NCBI GenBank assembly: GCA_963833985.1 | Contig: CAWIAD010000002.1 | Span: 1,600,001 to 1,664,000 of the forward strand | DNA length: 64,000 nt | Source of the DNA: an uncultured Planctomycetaceae bacterium | GTDB taxonomy: Bacteria; Planctomycetota; Planctomycetia; Isosphaerales; Isosphaeraceae | Direction: 5' to 3' | Part shown: positions 54,760-64,000 of the stretch, one piece after another | How positions within the stretch are numbered: position 1 is the first letter of the stretch | How the letters are laid out: each line of letters begins with the position of its first letter | Notes under the pieces: model-generated | Seen by the model: the letters and a program-made list of their open reading frames with translations, nothing else | Databases searched by the model: none | Told to the model about the DNA's origin: nothing | Made by a program: the position numbers and the translations under genes

Positions 54760-54966
54760 ATGAGACTTCGAATCAAAGCACTGAGATTGCTACCCGCCGT
54801 CGCCTTTCTTGTTGCCGGTTGTTCGTCAGACGCCCCGAGTCCAAGCGAAACGAATCAACCGGTGACTTCCAAACCTGAGAAAACAACGAGCAAACCCGGC
54901 GGCAAGACCCCCAAAAAGCCGAAAGAACTGCGGAAGCTGACGGGCCCCACCGATCTCACCGAGTAG
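54760..54966 (+). CDS. Small Lys/Pro/Thr-rich lipoprotein
   Basis: GGAG RBS; lipobox LVAG-C; paralogous to 62521-62748. Confidence 0.75.
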   Translation: MRLRIKALRLLPAVAFLVAGCSSDAPSPSETNQPVTSKPEKTTSKPGGKTPKKPKELRKLTGPTDLTE

Positions 54967-55114
54967 AGTTCCAGGGCGCACCGTCATTCTGGCCGCGGAT
55001 CGACCATCGATCGCGGCCGGCCGACAGACACCGCCGGGATTCTCCCGGCGGACCCTCGCAAGCCAGGATGCGGGCCCGAACGACGACGGGCCGGATGGTT
55101 GGTGTCGTGCCTGA

Positions 55115-57940
55115 TCACCCCCGAAGCTGGGTCATTGCGGAAGGTGCGGCGGAGCCTCGCGCCCGGGGCATCCTGGCAACGCCCTGAATCGCCTTCACCG
55201 CGTTGGCTGCATCACGGCGAATTTCGGCTTGCGGATCGCTCTCCGCAAGGCGATGCAAAGCCCCCTCCGCGGACTTCGCCTCGGGGCCCATCTGCCCGAG
55301 CGCCTGAACGGCGTGCCTGCGGATCTCGGTCTGGCCGGACGAGAGACTGTCGACCAGCAGTGGCACGGCCGGTTTCAGTGCGTCGCGCACGGCCGGGTCC
55401 GTATCGGCAAACGCGGCATGGGCCGCCAGGGCCGCGAGCGCACTCTGGCGGTCCTCGTCCGTCTGGGTCAGCCCGCCGAAATCCTTGAGGATCGCCGAGA
55501 CGATCCTGTCGCGGCCGATGGCGATCGAAGCAAGCCGCCCGAGCACCTGTTGACGGATTTTCGGATCGCCGCTCTCCAGACCACCAAGAAAAGGCTGCAC
55601 CGCGGGTGCAATGGACTTTTGCAGCTCCGCGTCGCGGCTCAGGCCGGAAAAGGCCGCGATCCGCCCGAGCACGCCGAACACTGCGGCTTTCACCGCGTCA
55701 CCGTCCATCTGAAGGGCTTCCTGGAGCGCGGGGATCGCCAGGGCCAGAGTGGCTCGAAGCTCCGGCAGCCGGCCGCGGACACGACCAAAGTCGGCCCGAT
55801 CGGAAACGCTTTCCAGGTGCTTCTCCAGGGCCGTCAAGGTGTCCCCGCGCTGCGTGCCGTCGCGCAGTGCCTTGACCAGCGTGGGAATGACTCTCGAATT
55901 CTCGAACATGATTTCGCAGAGGTCTTGCGCGACAGCGAGCCGGACCCGGTCGCTCGGGTCACTCAGGGCGGTTGCCAGCGCCGAGACAAGGGAATCGTCG
56001 GCCGGGACTTTTCGGAAGCGGGCCGCGGCCGCACGGACCTGGGGATCCCGGTCCTCCAGCGCCGTCAGGTGCGCGTCGAGCACCGGACGGGTGCCCGGCG
56101 CGATGGCTTCAAGGGCGTCGAGAATCGCTGCTTTCGTTGCGGGATCTGTCTCGGCCCTGAGCGTGGTCGTGAGGGCGCTCACCGCGGCCGAATTCTCGGA
56201 GCCAAGAACCTTCAGGGCGCCCACGGCCGCACGCCGGACTTCCGGCTGCGAATCCTTGAGCACATCCATGAGCGCAGGCAAGGCTGAGGTGGCCCGCCAG
56301 CCAAGACGTCCCAGCTCATCGCAGGCAGCGATCCTGGCCGACGGATCCTTGGCTTTCAGGTTGTCGCTGCTCGATATCGACTGGATCGCTCCCTCGGCGG
56401 CCGCGCGGACCGCGGGATCTTGCGTGCTGCTTGCCAGCGAGCGGAGCGCTGGGATGGCCTCACCCGCCTCGGGACCAAGCAGCATGAGAACGGTCAGCGC
56501 CCCGGTGCGGAACCTGGAATCGTCGCTTTTGGCCGCCTCCACCAGGGTGGGGATCAACTTGCGCCAGGTCTCACGGAAGCTGGGGTCCGCCAGCGGATCC
56601 TTGAAGCTGTCCACCAGGGTCTCCAGCGCTCTGGTCCGGACCTCGGATGCAGGATCTTTGAGCACCTTGCCGAGGGCCGCGATCCATGCGGCCGTGGCGT
56701 GTAACTCGTCTCTGCGGGCTCCCTGCTCAGCCCCCGAGGCGGCGGCTCTGCCCTCGGCGGGCCTGATCTGCGCGAGCGCCTGGATCAGCGACCACTGGCC
56801 CATGGCGTGGAGCCGAAGGACCACGTCTTCCTGGCTGTCCTCGATTCGTGCCAGCAGCGCGTCCAGGGCGGCGCGGGCTGGTAAGAGCAGTCCGGGTTTG
56901 CCCGACTTCTCGTAACTTCCCACGATTCTGCCGAGCACCGCGACGACGTCAAGGCGAGCCGCGGCGTTGCGGGCTTCCACCACCTGACGAAGTTCTCGGA
57001 CCGCCGCCAGGAACCTGCGCTCGAGCTGGTCGCGAGGCGTATTGTCGCTGGTCCGGTCGAGGATGAGCTGGCTGAAGACCATGCCAATGCCTTCCCTGGT
57101 AACATCATCGGCCTTGAAGGCCGCGCGGCAGAGAGCGGGAACCGTGCGGTCGTCGGCCAGTCCAATCCAGGCCAGTTTGTTGCCGGCTGCCAGTCGGACC
57201 TGAGGGCTGGGGTCTTCCAGGGCCGCGATCAGGGTCGGCACGGCGAACTCGAACTTCGGCGTCTGGCAATTCAGGGCCCTGGTACGTACGAGGATGCTCG
57301 GGTCCATGGCTGCCACGTGGGCGGTGGCGCGCACGACAGACTCGTTGTCGCGGGCGACGGAATCGAGTGCGCCGAGGCTCGCCAGGCGTAGCTCCTCGGC
57401 CTGGTCCTCGTCCAGGTAGGACAGCAACTTGTCGATCAAATCCTTCGTTGCGATGCCGGGACCGAACTGGCCGAGGCTCCGGGCCGCCTCGGATCGCGTA
57501 GCCGTGTCAGGGTCGTCGAGCGCCTCGATCAGCAGGGGTATCGATTCCTTGTCTTCGAGTTTCCCGAGCAACCCCACGGCCTGTCTGCGGACCTTCGCGT
57601 CGGCATCTTGCTTCAGCTGTTGCCTGAGCGCTGGCGCGGCCGGCTTCGACTTCTCGCCGAAGAACTCGAGGGACTCGAGGGCATTCCGCCTGACCTCGAC
57701 GTCGGGATCGTCCAGGGCCTGAATGAGGGCCGTGACGGCCTTTTCGGGGTCCGAAGAAAACCTGGCAAGCTCCGTCGCGGCTGCTCGACGGCGTGAAGTC
57801 CAGCCGCTACCAAGCTGGCGTACCTGGCCATCCAGCGAATCGTCCGGCAAGAAGCTCTCCTTCAAGTTGAAAAGGAGCAAGCCGCAGGCGCCCATGATGA
57901 CCAAGGCCAGCAGGCCGATTCCTACTCTCCGCCGACTCAT
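55115..57940 (-). CDS. Membrane-anchored HEAT/PBS-lyase repeat protein
   Basis: N-terminal TM; many L..AL.D.D..VR..A..ALG repeats. Confidence 0.88.
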   Translation of the reverse strand: MSRRRVGIGLLALVIMGACGLLLFNLKESFLPDDSLDGQVRQLGSGWTSRRRAAATELARFSSDPEKAVTALIQALDDPDVEVRRNALESLEFFGEKSKPAAPALRQQLKQDADAKVRRQAVGLLGKLEDKESIPLLIEALDDPDTATRSEAARSLGQFGPGIATKDLIDKLLSYLDEDQAEELRLASLGALDSVARDNESVVRATAHVAAMDPSILVRTRALNCQTPKFEFAVPTLIAALEDPSPQVRLAAGNKLAWIGLADDRTVPALCRAAFKADDVTREGIGMVFSQLILDRTSDNTPRDQLERRFLAAVRELRQVVEARNAAARLDVVAVLGRIVGSYEKSGKPGLLLPARAALDALLARIEDSQEDVVLRLHAMGQWSLIQALAQIRPAEGRAAASGAEQGARRDELHATAAWIAALGKVLKDPASEVRTRALETLVDSFKDPLADPSFRETWRKLIPTLVEAAKSDDSRFRTGALTVLMLLGPEAGEAIPALRSLASSTQDPAVRAAAEGAIQSISSSDNLKAKDPSARIAACDELGRLGWRATSALPALMDVLKDSQPEVRRAAVGALKVLGSENSAAVSALTTTLRAETDPATKAAILDALEAIAPGTRPVLDAHLTALEDRDPQVRAAAARFRKVPADDSLVSALATALSDPSDRVRLAVAQDLCEIMFENSRVIPTLVKALRDGTQRGDTLTALEKHLESVSDRADFGRVRGRLPELRATLALAIPALQEALQMDGDAVKAAVFGVLGRIAAFSGLSRDAELQKSIAPAVQPFLGGLESGDPKIRQQVLGRLASIAIGRDRIVSAILKDFGGLTQTDEDRQSALAALAAHAAFADTDPAVRDALKPAVPLLVDSLSSGQTEIRRHAVQALGQMGPEAKSAEGALHRLAESDPQAEIRRDAANAVKAIQGVARMPRARGSAAPSAMTQLRG

Positions 57941-58350
57941 GAACGATGGCTCCTTGGCTTCCCGCCGGGCTTGGGAAAAACGTACTCGATCTTCGGGACG
58001 GCCCCACGGGTGCCTTGCGCCATGGGGCGATGCGGCGGGCGTCGCCGCGACGGCCCGGTGGAACGCTTCCCGGAATGTGCGGGCCGCGTGACGTTACTGG
58101 ATTGCTGTCGCTTGAAGAGTCCTAGCCGCCTGGTCAGAATACACCATCGACTGACGTGATTGATACGGACAATGCGATTTTTCGCGACCCTCTCACGTCT
58201 GGAGCCAGACTCGAATCCGTCTCCATGACATGCATGAAATTTATATGCTTTCACCTGCGAAGGCGGCGACCGACCAGCTCGATCAAGCACGAGTGGACAT
58301 GCCGCTGATCGCAGATCTACGCTTCATATTCTCGATCTCCCTCGTCACCC

Positions 58351-60200
58351 ATGGCAATGCCATCTTCAGCCACCGATCCGGGTCCGGGGGGCAATCTTTC
58401 CTCCCGCCTGCACCCACTACAACGCTGCGCCGGCCGTGCTGGTCGCCGCCACGACCTTCGCGGTCTTCCTGCCCTCGATCGCCAACGGCTGGGCTGACTT
58501 TCAGGACGATGGGATCAACTTTCTTCAGAACGAGGCCTACCGGGGTCTTGGCCCGCGGCAACTCCTCTGGTCTTTCGAGACGTTCCTGCTCGGTGTTTAC
58601 CAGCCGCTTGCCTGGATTCTGTTTGAGGTCCAGTACGTCATTTTTGGCATGATGCCCGCTGGGTACCACCTCACCAGTGTCTTGTTACACGCCTTCAACG
58701 CGTTCCTTCTGACCGTGCTGCTGGCGGCCATTCTCCAGCGCTATCCGTCCCTTGCGGGCGGCCCCGGCGACATGCCGGTTCGGGTCTCGGCGGCATTTTC
58801 GGCCCTGCTGTTCTCGGTTCATCCCTTGCGGGTGGAAACCGTGGCCTGGGTGTCCTGCCAGCCGTATCTGCCCTGCGCCGGGTTCGCCATGTTGTCGACC
58901 CTCGTCTATCTGTATCGTGATGGCACGCGCGGGCCGCGCCGGTTTGCACTGCTGGCCGCGGCGACCGTCCTGTATATCGCATCAGTGCTTTGCAAGGCAG
59001 CCTCCTTGCCTCTGCCCTTTGTGTTTCTGATTCTCGATGCCTTTCCACTGCGCAGGTTCTCGCCCGCAGGTGGCGCTTCCTGGCCGTCAATCCGCACCGC
59101 GGTGCTCGAGAAACTGCCGCTGGCTCTGGCGGCTCTCTTCTTCCTTGCCGTGACCTTCAGCGCCAAGTATACCGCTGATCCTGTGATCACTTCCCTGGGT
59201 GGTGGTCTGGCTCGGCGCTTTCTACACACCGGCTACGCCATTTTCTTTTATCTCGAGAAGACTCTTCTGCCCTGGAACCTGGCGGCACTGTACGAAGCTC
59301 CCGGCAGTCCCATGGACCAGCCGCTCCTTCTTGGCGGGGCCCTGGCAACCCTGTGCTTGAGCGTTCTCAGCTTTTTCCGAGCTCCCGCGCTGGCCCGGAC
59401 TTGCCGCAGCATGGCTGGCTTACCTTGTTCTGATTCTGCCGGTTTCCGCCATCGTGCGGTCCAGTCCGAGCATCGTCGCTGACCGCTATGCCTACCTGCC
59501 TACCATTCCCTTCTTTGCTCTGCTGGCCTTCGTACTGGCCCGCGTGCTGAGGCGCACGCCTCGAACGGGTACTGGTCGAGCAGTACTGCTCGGGGTCGTC
59601 GCGGCCGCGGCCGCCCTGGCCCTTGCAATCCAGAGCTTTCGCCTGTGCAGGGCCTGGCGAGACTCGGAAACCGTGCTCGCGCGCGCACACGCCGCCGGCG
59701 GCATCTCGACCGCAAGGTACCTGACCGGCCTGGCCGGAATCCGGCTACGCGCTGGCAGGTTCGCCGAGGCGGAAGCGGCCTACCGCGCGGCAATCGCGTT
59801 GCAGCCCAGCGTGCCGTCAGCCGCTGCCGATCTTGGATATCTTCTGGCGGCGCGCGGGCATCGCGACGAGGGCCTCATGTGGATCGACCGGGCTCTCGCG
59901 ATGGACCCGAATCTCGTGACGGGTCATTACCAGAAGGGGCTGATTCTCGCGGAGGCGGGTCACTTGGAAGCGGCCTCCGTGGAACTCGAGCAAGCACTGG
60001 ACATCAATCCATACTATCTGGATGCAATCCTCGCGCTGGGGAAGGTCCGGGACGACCAGGGCCAGCCGATGGAGGCTGCGCGGCTCTACCAGCGGGCTCT
60101 GGCCGGGGATCCAGGCAACCGTCAGGCCGTCCTGGGACTGGTCGAAACGGCGAGAAGCGCGTCGTCCAGGACGCAAATCCACGGATCAAACACTCGATAA
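58351..60200 (+). CDS. Second TMTC-like GT-C glycosyltransferase with TPRs (frameshifts near 58435 and 59380)
   Basis: FQDD, YQPL, YHLTSVLLH, VHPLRVETVAW, ADRYAYLP, WRDS, TPRs; start uncertain. Confidence 0.8.
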
Positions 60201-61301
60201 AGCGATCCGCATGGCTGCTGAGGTCGAACTCAGGCCGCGCCGGAGGATCCATCCTGGTGCCGCCATCGGCAAAGATCCGGGAGGCGGAGACGCATCGCAT
60301 CGCGATGATAGCAGGAGCGAGTCCAGCATGGTGATGATAGGAAGCACACGCCCTCTCATGAACGTGCGATGTCATCGATTTGCAACCGCAACCGATCTTC
60401 GCCTCACGTCGTAAGTCTTGTTTGAATGATACCTTGCGTTAGAAGGGAGTTGTGCGACTGCGCGAAAAAAGGGAAATGCTGCGGCCGCCTGCTTGACGAA
60501 AGCGTGGTAAGCTATAAAGATATTTCCAGGCGCGGGCTTACGCACCGAGATGATTCCTGCCACTCCCCGGTCATCCGGCCACCTGGCCAGACCGGTCGCT
60601 ACGGACAGACTGTATCGGTTTTCTGATCCCGTGTTCGAAGCGTGAGGGATACTGATCAGGCCTTGTGCGACGGTTGAGCAGCCGACGTGCTCGGACGCTC
60701 GCCATGTACCAAGGTCAACTGGTCTGTCCGGCCTCTGGCCTCCATGAAACTCTCCCATCGTCCGCGTGTGTCTTCCGTCCGGATCGCTTTCATCTACCTT
60801 GGTTTCGCGTTTCACGAGTTTCATTGATAAGTCAAGAAGTCACGCAGGCAATGCCGGTCATTGAAGTGGATCGATATGTGGCCCATGAACCCGACCGATG
60901 ACCTGATTGAATTGACGGTGACTTACGAGGAATATCAGGAGCCGCTCATGAACAGGACAACGCGACCGGCCTGCGGCGAGAACGCCTGAGGGGACGATCG
61001 CGTTTGACAATCCGCATCATTGCCAGGTAACCCCGGGACTCCGATCTCTCCAGCGTGAGAACCATTCCGGCTCTCGCGCAGGTTGTTCAGGGGCGGCAAT
61101 GAAGAACCCTGTCGCCGGTTCGAGCTTCCCATGACGGTCAAGTCTGCCGGCGATGTCATGGCTGACATCTGGAACGACGCACGCAGTTTACTCTGAACAG
61201 TCAGGTGAATTCCCACGATCACAGGCATTTCGCCCATGCCGAAGACTGCCATTGCTTGTTCTCATGCCTTTTTTGGTCTGCTCAAGATAGGAGCCATATC
61301 C

Positions 61302-62408
61302 GTGAAGACTCTGGAGTTGAAACGATCGGGCCGCGCACGCCCGGGATTCACCTTGATTGAACTCCTGGTCGTGATTGCCATCATCGCCGTCCTGATCTCG
61401 TTGCTCTTGCCCGCGGTGCAATCGGCCCGTGAAGCGGCCCGGCGCGCTCAGTGCACGAACAATTTGAAACAAATCGCGCTGGCCTCTCACAACTACGAGT
61501 CCGCCAATGGTAGCTTCCCGATGGGCTGGAGCGGCTTCGCTCCTCCCAACACCTATCCGGGATTGAAGCCCTGTCAGACAAGTAACCCGATTGGCCACAC
61601 GGCGTTCGTGTACATCTTGCCTTACATGGAGGGTGGGGCTGCATTCAACTCCTGGAACATCCTGCGGGTCTATAACAGCGTCTCGAACAACACCGGCTCC
61701 AGCACCCTGCTGAGCGCCTACGTCTGCCCGTCGGATACCCCGTCTTCCCCTGATCCGAGCGGCGACTTTCCCGCTGCCCAGGGCTCCTACGCCGGCTGCG
61801 AAGGTCTCCAGGAACAGCTCGTCTGGAACTGGGCGAATTCCACTCCGCCCGACCCCACCGGCCAGTACGCCAATTCCTGCAACCAGGGGCCTGGCGACGG
61901 CATCTTCGCACCGGACTACGCAACCCGCATTGGCGCGGTCACCGACGGATTGAGTAACACCTTCTTCTTCGGTGAGATGACTCGATTCATCAATGAGCCG
62001 CCGAACTCCAACTTCCAGTTCAACTACGCTGCCGGATGGTGGGCTGGCCCGCCCTGGAACGGCAGTTCGTTCTGGCCCAACGACACGCGTATCACCGGCC
62101 TGGCCACCTGCATTGCCAAGCCCAACTCGCCCGCGGATACCACCGGAAACCTGCTATCGACCTGCATCTTCAACTCCGGCGCGTTTTATCCTCCGGATCT
62201 TGCCCGGCTCTCGGCGGTCCAGACTTCACCCGTCTATGCCTGCACAAGCTGGGGGCAGTTTGCCTTCCGCAGTCTGCACCCGGGCGGATTGAACATGGCC
62301 ATGGCCGATGGCTCCGTGAAGTTCATCAAGAGTTCCATCTCCCTGCAAACCTGGAGGGGGCTGGCCACCCGGGCCACGGGGGAAGTGATCAGCGCTGACC
62401 AGTACTGA
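61302..62408 (+). CDS. DUF1559 prepilin-like protein
   Basis: [48 protein letters not shown]. Confidence 0.93.
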   Translation: MKTLELKRSGRARPGFTLIELLVVIAIIAVLISLLLPAVQSAREAARRAQCTNNLKQIALASHNYESANGSFPMGWSGFAPPNTYPGLKPCQTSNPIGHTAFVYILPYMEGGAAFNSWNILRVYNSVSNNTGSSTLLSAYVCPSDTPSSPDPSGDFPAAQGSYAGCEGLQEQLVWNWANSTPPDPTGQYANSCNQGPGDGIFAPDYATRIGAVTDGLSNTFFFGEMTRFINEPPNSNFQFNYAAGWWAGPPWNGSSFWPNDTRITGLATCIAKPNSPADTTGNLLSTCIFNSGAFYPPDLARLSAVQTSPVYACTSWGQFAFRSLHPGGLNMAMADGSVKFIKSSISLQTWRGLATRATGEVISADQY

Positions 62409-62459
62409 TGCCCGGCTGCTTCCCGTCACCTGTAGTTTTGTGAAACTTGTCTCTCAGTG

Positions 62460-62503
62460 GGCGTGTTCAGCCGCGTGCGTGTGCCGGGCTGAACACGCCT
62501 TTT
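62460..62503 (+). terminator. Hairpin plus U-tract between DUF1559 and the lipoprotein gene
   Basis: 13-bp perfect stem GGCGTGTTCAGCC/GGCTGAACACGCC followed by TTTT. Confidence 0.65.
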
Positions 62504-62520
62504 CTTGACAGGGAATCCTG

Positions 62521-62748
62521 ATGAAGCGATCGTTCACTTTCCTCGCGCCGGCCCTCATCGCGGCCATCTGCCTGGGTTGCGATTCCGGCACCACCACGTC
62601 CACGGACACTCCTGCGGCCAAGGACTCCGCTCCGCCGGCTGCCAGCACCACCACCAGCACCAAGAAGCCGGGCGGCAAGACCTCGAAGAAGACGTCCAAC
62701 GATAATCTCAAGCCGTCCGCGCCGCCGAAGATGAGAACGGATCTTTGA
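62521..62748 (+). CDS. Small Ser/Thr/Lys-rich lipoprotein
   Basis: Lipobox CLG-C; KPGGKTSKK. Confidence 0.78.
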   Translation: MKRSFTFLAPALIAAICLGCDSGTTTSTDTPAAKDSAPPAASTTTSTKKPGGKTSKKTSNDNLKPSAPPKMRTDL

Positions 62749-62858
62749 TCGCATTCTTTCGCGGCCAACCCGGCGCAGGCCTCGGACCTCCGCTGAACTC
62801 TTCTCATGATCTGGATCGGAACCGCCGGTAGCCGTGCCAGGCCGGCACGAACCCGTGA

Positions 62859-64000
62859 CTACCGGCTCGATTCCGCCCGTCGACGGGTGGATGGATCCGA
62901 GCCTGCGACGACCCTCCGCGGCTTCGCCCTCTCGCGAATCCAGTACTCCGTATCCGCTTCAAGCATCCCGTGCCGATCGATCTGGCCGGACGGCCAGCGC
63001 ACCTCGATGGACTCCACGCGCCGGGCGGATCCCAGGCCGATGTGGATTCGGGGATCGTTCGCCGACTGGTAGCTTCCACCACCGATGCGCTCGAACTCCC
63101 TCCGGCGGCCGTCGATCATGGCGCTGACCCGCGTGCCCACACCGTCCCGGTTCGAGCGGGTGCCCTCCAGGCAAAGTCTCACGAAGTGATCCACCCGTTC
63201 CGTCTGGTTGTGCAGGTACACCAGAGGCTCGCTCTGGTTCACAACCACGGCATCCAGCCGGCCGTCGTTGTCCAGGTCGCCCACCGCCAGGGCTCGACCG
63301 AGGTGCAGTGACCGGAACGGCTCACCTGCTGCGCCGGACACATCCCGCAGCAGACCTCCCTTGCGCCCGAGCATGAGCTGGAGGGGCATCTCCAGCGGGA
63401 TCCTGGGCCGGCCGTCGAGGACATGACCGTTGGTCACCAGCAGGTCCAGCCAGCCGTCATTGTTGACGTCCGGAAAGGCGATGCCGAAGCCCAGCAAGGG
63501 CCGGCTGGGCGCTTGCAGCCCGATCAGGGCCGTGTGGTCGGCGAACAGACCCTGCCCGAGGTTGCGGTAGAAGGTGGTGGATTCCCCGAAGAAGTTGGTC
63601 ACGGCGAGATCGAGCAATCCGTCGCCGTCGAGGTCGCCGCAGGCGATTCCCATACCCGACTTGTAAAGCCCATCGGAGCTGGCGGCCGCGCCGGAGACCT
63701 CGCCGGTTTCCTGGAAACGGAAGCCGTCCAGGTTGCGGAACAGGTAGTTCGCCGACATGTCGTTGGTGACATAGAGATCGATGCGGTTGTCGCCGTCCAG
63801 GTTGGCCGCAACCACGCCGAGCCCGCGTCCGTTCGGGTCCACGAAGCCCGCCTGGCCGGTCACGTCCACGAACCGGCCGCCGTCGTTGCGAAAGACATGG
63901 TCCGGCAGCGCGGGAAAATCACGCGGGAGACACTCGTGCTTCTGAGGTGCATCGGGGTTATTGCAAAGCTTGGGGCTTGCCGGGTCGAACTGGAGGTAAT
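62859..64000 (-). CDS. CRTAC1/ASPIC-UnbV family FG-GAP repeat protein (5' end outside the window)
   Basis: DLDGDG.LDL repeats, GMGIACGD, SNRDGVG, GGGSYQS, HIGLG, VRWPSG; frame open to the window edge. Confidence 0.9.
   Translation of the reverse strand, partial: YLQFDPASPKLCNNPDAPQKHECLPRDFPALPDHVFRNDGGRFVDVTGQAGFVDPNGRGLGVVAANLDGDNRIDLYVTNDMSANYLFRNLDGFRFQETGEVSGAAASSDGLYKSGMGIACGDLDGDGLLDLAVTNFFGESTTFYRNLGQGLFADHTALIGLQAPSRPLLGFGIAFPDVNNDGWLDLLVTNGHVLDGRPRIPLEMPLQLMLGRKGGLLRDVSGAAGEPFRSLHLGRALAVGDLDNDGRLDAVVVNQSEPLVYLHNQTERVDHFVRLCLEGTRSNRDGVGTRVSAMIDGRRREFERIGGGSYQSANDPRIHIGLGSARRVESIEVRWPSGQIDRHGMLEADTEYWIRERAKPRRVVAGSDPSTRRRAESSR

Noticed and set aside
60493..60518. TTGACG...TATAAA promoter
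   Set aside because: The spacer is only 14 bp.

Overview
GC-rich bacterial DNA, almost certainly a planctomycete: it has three DUF1559 prepilin-like genes, an 'RRLQVESLEGRALL' planctomycete export motif, an ASPIC/UnbV protein and a HEAT-repeat protein. Main content: (1) a tetrahydromethanopterin/methylofuran C1-transfer gene set in two blocks (mptG, DUF447 and a DHPS-like gene at 13.9-17.0 kb; fhcBADC, mch and cofactor-biosynthesis genes at 36.3-48.2 kb), followed by an inositol-phosphate-synthase/UbiA 'ebo-like' operon; (2) a SWIM plus SNF2 gene pair; (3) secreted and surface proteins, three GT-C-type membrane glycosyltransferases and DUF1559 cassettes; (4) an accessory toxin-antitoxin hotspot at 26.8-29.8 kb holding a MazF relic, an RHH antitoxin with a probable VapC stump, and an intact Panacea (DUF4065) gene coupled to an unannotated 411-aa protein with PD-(D/E)xK-like and RxxxxH motifs. 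That last pair is the best candidate for an undescribed system. (5) Two families of small non-coding elements in which a REP doublet sits inside terminal inverted repeats, plus a RAYT transposase stub. About 15 otherwise intact genes carry frameshifts, most likely sequencing indels. No rRNA, tRNA or CRISPR array was seen. All family calls come from motif recognition by eye, not from database searches.
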